This document shows positions 59,803-64,000 of a DNA stretch of 64,000 nt, one piece after another. This stretch comes from a virus: positions 9,499 through 73,498 of IMG/VR virus record IMGVR_UViG_3300033816_000195. One strand, given 5' to 3'. The number at the start of each line of letters is the position of its first letter. Position 1 is the stretch's first letter. The position numbers and the translations under genes are program-made. The notes beneath the pieces are model-generated. The model was not told the origin of the DNA and ran no database searches. It worked only from the letters and a program-made list of their open reading frames with translations.

Positions 59803-60321
59803 TTACTGATCATATGCTGTACCAATTCCTCCGCGTACTCTACTAGATTGTTCTTCCTGAAGATCTTTATATGCACCTTTAAAAGATGCTCTAATTGCTT
59901 CATAGTTTTTAGCCGCAGCAATTAATGAATTTATATTTCCATCTCTACCAGCAGTAATTGTTGTAACCTCCATATATCTTGCTAATCTATCTAACATAGA
60001 TGCAATACCTTTATATGCTCTGGATGTAGGAGTTTCATACATTTTTTCACAAAACTTAAGAGCTATAAAGATTGTTTCATCTTCAGTAGAAAATTCTGCT
60101 CCAATTTGTTGTAATACTAAAGATTCTTTATCTACATCTGGAGTAAAGAAAAAAGGATTTAAATCAGGATTTGGACAACACATGTAGAATAAATACATGT
60201 ATACTTTAAGGTACTCATCCGGATATTCATCCATTACATCCTTAAGAGCTTTTAATGTATAGCAATGTTCAGTAGGTATTACTACTCCATTTTGTACATC
60301 AAACAGTTTAGTTAAAATCAT
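59803..60321 (-). CDS. Conserved hypothetical protein (possible small terminase-type)
   Basis: 172 aa, helical, ends RVRGG; immediately upstream of terL. Function is inferred from position only. Confidence 0.45.
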   Translation of the reverse strand: MILTKLFDVQNGVVIPTEHCYTLKALKDVMDEYPDEYLKVYMYLFYMCCPNPDLNPFFFTPDVDKESLVLQQIGAEFSTEDETIFIALKFCEKMYETPTSRAYKGIASMLDRLARYMEVTTITAGRDGNINSLIAAAKNYEAIRASFKGAYKDLQEEQSSRVRGGIGTAYDQ

Positions 60322-61148
60322 TTCTTTTTAATTTTATTTCTGTTATCACTAAGGTAGTGAATAATTGCTAATACTTCATCTACTAAATAAGGTACTGAAA
60401 TTGGTATAACTTCTTTTACAATTGGTTCCCCGTTTTCATCTAACTTACTTATAGGATATCCCCAGTTATCTTCTTTTTCTACTTCAAAAGTAATATGATG
60501 TATAAATATTCTTCCCGGCTTTAATTTTGGATTATGCTTAAGTATAATATACATATAAATACTAAGCTGTAATGCATAATGATAAAAATTACAATCATCA
60601 AGACTATCTACAGGAGGTGCCATTTTTTCAGATTTACCATCCCAGTCTACATAAGATTCTTTCTTTATTTCTTTATTAGTTTTATAGTCAATGATGTTTA
60701 CTTTACCATTGACTACTTCAACTAAGTCTGATTGACCACAGATTCCTGCTGATCTTAAATAGACCATATGTTCTGGATACACGCCTGGTTCTAGTTTTTG
60801 ACTTGGAGCAAGTTTCACACCTTCTCTAACTTCAGAAGGTTTAAATACAGGAACTGTTATCCCTTCTCTTTCTATTGAAGCTAAAGAACATAAATCACTC
60901 TCTCTTTGGTTATGATACCATGTACCAAGAGTAGTAGATCTATCAGCCTCATTAGTCCAAATTTGTTGTATAATTTTTGGATCTATTCCTGACCATTTAG
61001 ACTTCTTACTCTTACTTACTTTTTCTGCTACCTTCTTAGCATCAAAAGGTTTTTTAAAATGGGAAACAAGTGTTGTTACACTTATCCAATCAATGCTAGT
61101 GTCATCAAGACTTTTGTAGCTATGATCATCTGCATTAAATACTATCAT
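60318..61148 (-). CDS. PD-(D/E)XK (Cas4/RecB-like) nuclease
   Basis: FNADDHSY...SVTT...GTWYH...E...GICGQSDL...IIDYKT...HYALQLSIY. Confidence 0.85.
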   Translation of the reverse strand: MIVFNADDHSYKSLDDTSIDWISVTTLVSHFKKPFDAKKVAEKVSKSKKSKWSGIDPKIIQQIWTNEADRSTTLGTWYHNQRESDLCSLASIEREGITVPVFKPSEVREGVKLAPSQKLEPGVYPEHMVYLRSAGICGQSDLVEVVNGKVNIIDYKTNKEIKKESYVDWDGKSEKMAPPVDSLDDCNFYHYALQLSIYMYIILKHNPKLKPGRIFIHHITFEVEKEDNWGYPISKLDENGEPIVKEVIPISVPYLVDEVLAIIHYLSDNRNKIKKK

Positions 61149-61408
61149 TTCTTTAGTTGTTCTATAGCAAGTACTGCTATGTTAAAATTATCTCTATCTT
61201 CTGACCTCAACATAGTTATCAAACTTTTTGCTGTCTCAGAATCTACTTTCTTTCTTTCTTCCATCCACTCAACAAATCCTACAGCATTTTCAATAGCCAT
61301 TGCGTGTGCAAGATAATCTGCTCCTGTTTGTCCAGTATACAAACTGATCTGTCTTCCTTGAGAAGCAATACCATCTGTCAGAAAAGATTCTAGTTCTGGC
61401 CAATTCAT
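61145..61408 (-). CDS. Hypothetical protein
   Basis: 87 aa; translationally coupled (ATGA overlaps) on both sides. Confidence 0.65.
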   Translation of the reverse strand: MNWPELESFLTDGIASQGRQISLYTGQTGADYLAHAMAIENAVGFVEWMEERKKVDSETAKSLITMLRSEDRDNFNIAVLAIEQLKK

Positions 61409-61734
61409 GCATTGTCTATTATTGATTCAGCTAATGTTCTTGATGCTTCATCTTCAGAGATCAACATCTTCCGGATATTAGTCACTTCTTCCTGAGTAAA
61501 CTTACCTTCTATTGAAAGAATCTTTAGTCTTAAGAACTTATTCTCTGTTTCTAGTTTCCTAAGTCTTTCTTCTATTAGATGTATAGGGTTCCATGGATCA
61601 CTGTATGGTCCAGTATTTATTTGAGAAAATAAACCATTACCAGTTGTGCTACCTGGTATAGTATTAATTACTTGGCTGCCATCATTAACTAAAGTTCCAG
61701 CTGGATGATATACATTTGGAATAGGTACATTCAT
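61405..61734 (-). CDS. Hypothetical protein with short coiled coil
   Basis: 109 aa; IEERLRKLETENKFLRL. Confidence 0.65.
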   Translation of the reverse strand: MNVPIPNVYHPAGTLVNDGSQVINTIPGSTTGNGLFSQINTGPYSDPWNPIHLIEERLRKLETENKFLRLKILSIEGKFTQEEVTNIRKMLISEDEASRTLAESIIDNA

Positions 61735-61738
61735 AATT

Positions 61739-62038
61739 TTAATCTTTAAGGTTATCTAATGCATCTTCTTCATCTTCTGTAGCAATAGCATCCCATTTAC
61801 CTAATGGACAATCTGAAGATAAAGATCTAGTTTTAAAATTTAGTGAGCATCCACATTCATTACAACAAGGAGCCGTACCTTTTACAGCACACTTCCTACC
61901 TTTGTGTTCACATTCATCACAAATAGAATATCTGAGTCTTGCTATTTCTTCTACTGTTTCATCTCTGATAACAGTATTAGTTATTCCCTCCAGAATCTGT
62001 TTCCGGTTCTGCCAAATTATTTTCAGTGTATTTTTCAT
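61739..62038 (-). CDS. Small Cys-rich Zn-binding protein (DUF6171-like)
   Basis: RYSICDEC...C...CCNECGC....KT......CPLGKW. Confidence 0.65.
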   Translation of the reverse strand: MKNTLKIIWQNRKQILEGITNTVIRDETVEEIARLRYSICDECEHKGRKCAVKGTAPCCNECGCSLNFKTRSLSSDCPLGKWDAIATEDEEDALDNLKD

Positions 62039-62384
62039 CTTTAAATTTATTTTTCCTTTCTTCTTCTAAAACAAGTTTTTTTTCTATTTCAATTAACTGA
62101 TCTAATTTTTTTTCTAGAAGAGCTTTTTTATGATAAGCTCTAAATGTTTCAGTGGAATGATTACTAATTAAATTTTTGTAATGGGGTATTGCTTTTTTTA
62201 CTTTTGCTTGTTTTATTACAAAATGCCCTAGGCCTTCTACATTAATTCTAGGTTCTTTTAAATCACTTAATAAGGATCTTATCTGTTTATAATAAAATTC
62301 TACTAATTGTTCAACTAATAATTCATCTTGACTTAAATCTTCAGAAACTTGTTTGTAAATACTACTGTGCTTCTTGGGTATCAT
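61977..62384 (-). CDS. HU/IHF-like DNA-binding protein
   Basis: Two N-terminal helices followed by RINVEGLGHFVIK, similar to the HU motif V.I.GFG.F. Confidence 0.6.
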   Translation of the reverse strand: MIPKKHSSIYKQVSEDLSQDELLVEQLVEFYYKQIRSLLSDLKEPRINVEGLGHFVIKQAKVKKAIPHYKNLISNHSTETFRAYHKKALLEKKLDQLIEIEKKLVLEEERKNKFKDEKYTENNLAEPETDSGGNN

Positions 62385-62745
62385 TTTGACCTAAAAATTT
62401 ATAATCTAATAATATAGTACCTTCAGTCTGAATTTTTAAATCAGGATTAATCATTATAATCTTTTTATTAGTAGAATCTTTTACTACTAGATTATTTTTC
62501 TCAGCTTTATTTATGCAATTTCTAACAGTTTGTGGGGATTTAAAAATCCACTCTTCTTCTGAAGAAGCATCATAACAAAAGTTTGTTAATTCTATTGGAG
62601 CATTAAAACTAAGCAAAGTCAAACAATCTAAGTCAGATTCACTCACTGAAATATGATTAATATAACAGTGAGTAAGTATCTGAAATTTTACAATATCCCA
62701 TTTAGGCATTTTTACACGCTTCTGGACTTGATTGACTAAAGCCAT
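62362..62745 (-). CDS. Winged helix-turn-helix protein
   Basis: SESDLDCL...SPQTVRNCINKAEKNNLVVK....IMINP fits a wHTH recognition helix and wing. Confidence 0.6.
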   Translation of the reverse strand: MALVNQVQKRVKMPKWDIVKFQILTHCYINHISVSESDLDCLTLLSFNAPIELTNFCYDASSEEEWIFKSPQTVRNCINKAEKNNLVVKDSTNKKIIMINPDLKIQTEGTILLDYKFLGQNDTQEAQ

Positions 62746-62747
62746 AA

Positions 62748-63020
62748 TTATTGCTTTCTTAATTTTCTTTCTTTAGGTTTTTGCTCCTCTTCTTCATCTA
62801 GTTCAGGTTCATCTTGTGGAGGACCTTGCAATAACATTGCATACTGAACTTGATACTGTGCTTTTTTAAATCTTTGTTCATTAATTTCAGCAAGTAACTT
62901 TTCATGTTCTAATTGAGCTTTAAGATATTCAATAGAATCTAAATAAAATTCTAGCATTTGTTGTTTTCTTTCTGCTAACTGTTCTACAGTTAAATCTTCT
63001 TCAGGATGTTGGTTTTCCAT
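62748..63020 (-). CDS. Small coiled-coil protein
   Basis: 90 aa; acidic then basic tail. Confidence 0.65.
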   Translation of the reverse strand: MENQHPEEDLTVEQLAERKQQMLEFYLDSIEYLKAQLEHEKLLAEINEQRFKKAQYQVQYAMLLQGPPQDEPELDEEEEQKPKERKLRKQ

Positions 63021-63033
63021 TGGTTTTTAAATT

Positions 63034-63067
63034 AAAGTTTAAACAAATATACAATAAAAGTTTAAAC
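63034..63067 (-). promoter_or_regulatory. Bacteroidota-type -7 promoter element (TAtaTTTG) flanked by two AAAGTTTAAAC repeats
   Basis: Minus strand reads TTGTATATTTG, matching TAnnTTTG; direct repeats at 63034-63044 and 63057-63067. Confidence 0.55.
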
Positions 63068-63083
63068 TAGATATATTTAAAAT

Positions 63084-63113
63084 AAAAAATCCAGGCATAC
63101 TACATACCTGGAT
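63084..63113 (-). terminator. Rho-independent terminator
   Basis: Minus strand ATCCAGGTAT-GTAGT-ATGCCTGGAT followed by TTTTT. Confidence 0.8.
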
Positions 63114-63135
63114 CTCTATAACTTAATTAAGTTAG

Positions 63136-63294
63136 TTATCTATTTTTAAGTGTAAAGTTTAAAATAGTAATAAGATAAAACTCTCTAGATAAATCTAGTT
63201 CAAGAGTAAAAATATCTACACTAGATAATCTTAGTCTTATCATTAATTTATCCCATTGTTTTTGAGAGTTTCTCCAGTTATTTCTAAATTTCAT
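63136..63294 (-). CDS. Small hypothetical protein (52 aa, not in ORF track)
   Basis: MKFRNNWRNSQKQWDKLMIRLRLSSVDIFTLELDLSREFYLITILNFTLKNR*; ATGA overlap with the upstream stop, terminator follows. Confidence 0.65.
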   Translation of the reverse strand: MKFRNNWRNSQKQWDKLMIRLRLSSVDIFTLELDLSREFYLITILNFTLKNR

Positions 63295-63794
63295 GATCCT
63301 ATCTCAAAGTGCATCCCAAATATAGGTTTTTTATGCTTAACAGCCCAAGAAACAGAACCTTGTCCTAAATTATAATATCTTTCAGCCTCACTCATGGATC
63401 CAAATTGGATATTATCTTTTAAACAAATTACTTTTTTACTTCTATTGTGTTCTGTTCCAAATTTATTTTTGTAATGCAATGGTTTATATTTTTTTAATTC
63501 TAATTTGTACATATGCTTTATGTTATAGCTTCTGTCACACCATTCTAAATTATCTAAAGAATTATTTTTTTTATTTCCGTCTTTATGATTAACTATTAAA
63601 TCATTATTTATATTTTCAATAAAAGAAAAACATAAAGCTCTATGTATAAAATAACCTTTATTTTTTATGTTTATAAAGTAATACCCACTGTTAGAAATAT
63701 TTTGTTTTAAAATCTTTCCTTTAGGAGATTTAACATTACCTTCTTTATTTATAAGATAACCGTTAGGCAAATATGAGCATTGTATAAACTCCAT
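63291..63794 (-). CDS. HNH homing endonuclease (I-HmuI-like, NUMOD-type flanks)
   Basis: IHRAL..SFI......VNHKDGNKKNN...NLEWC....N..H; C-terminal FGSMSEAERYY (NUMOD1-like HTH). Confidence 0.9.
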   Translation of the reverse strand: MEFIQCSYLPNGYLINKEGNVKSPKGKILKQNISNSGYYFINIKNKGYFIHRALCFSFIENINNDLIVNHKDGNKKNNSLDNLEWCDRSYNIKHMYKLELKKYKPLHYKNKFGTEHNRSKKVICLKDNIQFGSMSEAERYYNLGQGSVSWAVKHKKPIFGMHFEIGS

Positions 63795-63796
63795 AT

Positions 63797-64000
63797 TTAA
63801 GAATTTATTTCCCAGTGCATTGTATCAAAATTCCTAGTCTTACCTAGATTTATAAACCCATGTTTCTCAAATATCTCATGTAGTTTATTATACTCTGGCT
63901 TAGAGAATTGAGCTTTAGCAAATGGAGTTTTTAATCCATTTCTAGCAGGATCTAAATCAATAGCAATTCCCCAAGAATGTTTACTCCATGCAGATCCTCC
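63797..64000 (-). CDS. M15-family peptidase endolysin, 3' portion
   Basis: Translates as GGSAWSKHSWGIAIDLDP...FEKHGFINLG...FDTMHWEINS*; SxHxxGxAxD and DxxHxE are the M15 zinc-peptidase motifs. Confidence 0.88.
   Translation of the reverse strand, partial: GGSAWSKHSWGIAIDLDPARNGLKTPFAKAQFSKPEYNKLHEIFEKHGFINLGKTRNFDTMHWEINS

Noticed and set aside
60318-61148. Cas4-like gene as sign of a CRISPR-Cas system
   Set aside because: No array or other cas genes are present; stand-alone PD-(D/E)XK nucleases are common in phages.
3411-61316. All plus-strand ORFs in the track, and short nested minus-strand ORFs (e.g. 23993, 35768, 36077, 55049, 59575)
   Set aside because: They lie antisense to, or out of frame within, long motif-bearing genes. 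The antisense ones have the F/S/L/I-rich composition typical of shadow ORFs.
63291-63797. Group I intron around the HNH gene
   Set aside because: Only 2 nt separate the endolysin stop and the HNH start, leaving no evident room for a ribozyme core, and the endolysin is complete without splicing.
1-64000. Stop-codon reassignment (TAG or TGA), known in some crAss-like phages
   Set aside because: Genes are full length and tightly tiled in code 11. TAG (48383, 49775, 50170, 50511) and TGA (39233, 63291) both act as stops next to the following start codon.
1-64000. tRNA, rRNA or other structured RNA genes
   Set aside because: Intergenic gaps are at most ~115 nt and are explained by terminators and promoter-like motifs; no cloverleaf was seen by eye (tRNAscan/Infernal not run).

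Overview
This AT-rich window is a continuous, minus-strand-only block of a crAss-like (Crassvirales-related) Bacteroidota phage genome, read in the standard genetic code. In transcription order (right to left) it holds: the 3' end of an M15 endolysin, an HNH endonuclease, small regulatory or DNA-binding genes, a PD-(D/E)XK nuclease, terminase large subunit, portal, probable scaffold and major capsid protein. These are followed by a cluster of about 10 tiny Lys-rich genes, a ferritin/Dps-like gene, Cys-rich fibre-like genes, ring and muzzle-type tail genes, and several giant internal-virion (cargo) genes. The last gene, missed by the ORF track because it runs off the window, is a >3630-codon virion RNA polymerase with a DFDGD motif and a zincin HEXXH domain. 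The most notable observations are: (1) a recurring xxxGG peptide motif shared by three cargo proteins and the small basic proteins, a candidate packaging or maturation signal; (2) a polyvalent cargo protein with stacked toxin-like cassettes joined by a 25-nt repeat; (3) an HNH gene that seems to have invaded the 3' end of the endolysin gene; (4) a repeated TAATATAC promoter-like element and an AACCAACA start-codon element. All family calls come from motif recognition and synteny by eye; no database search was run.
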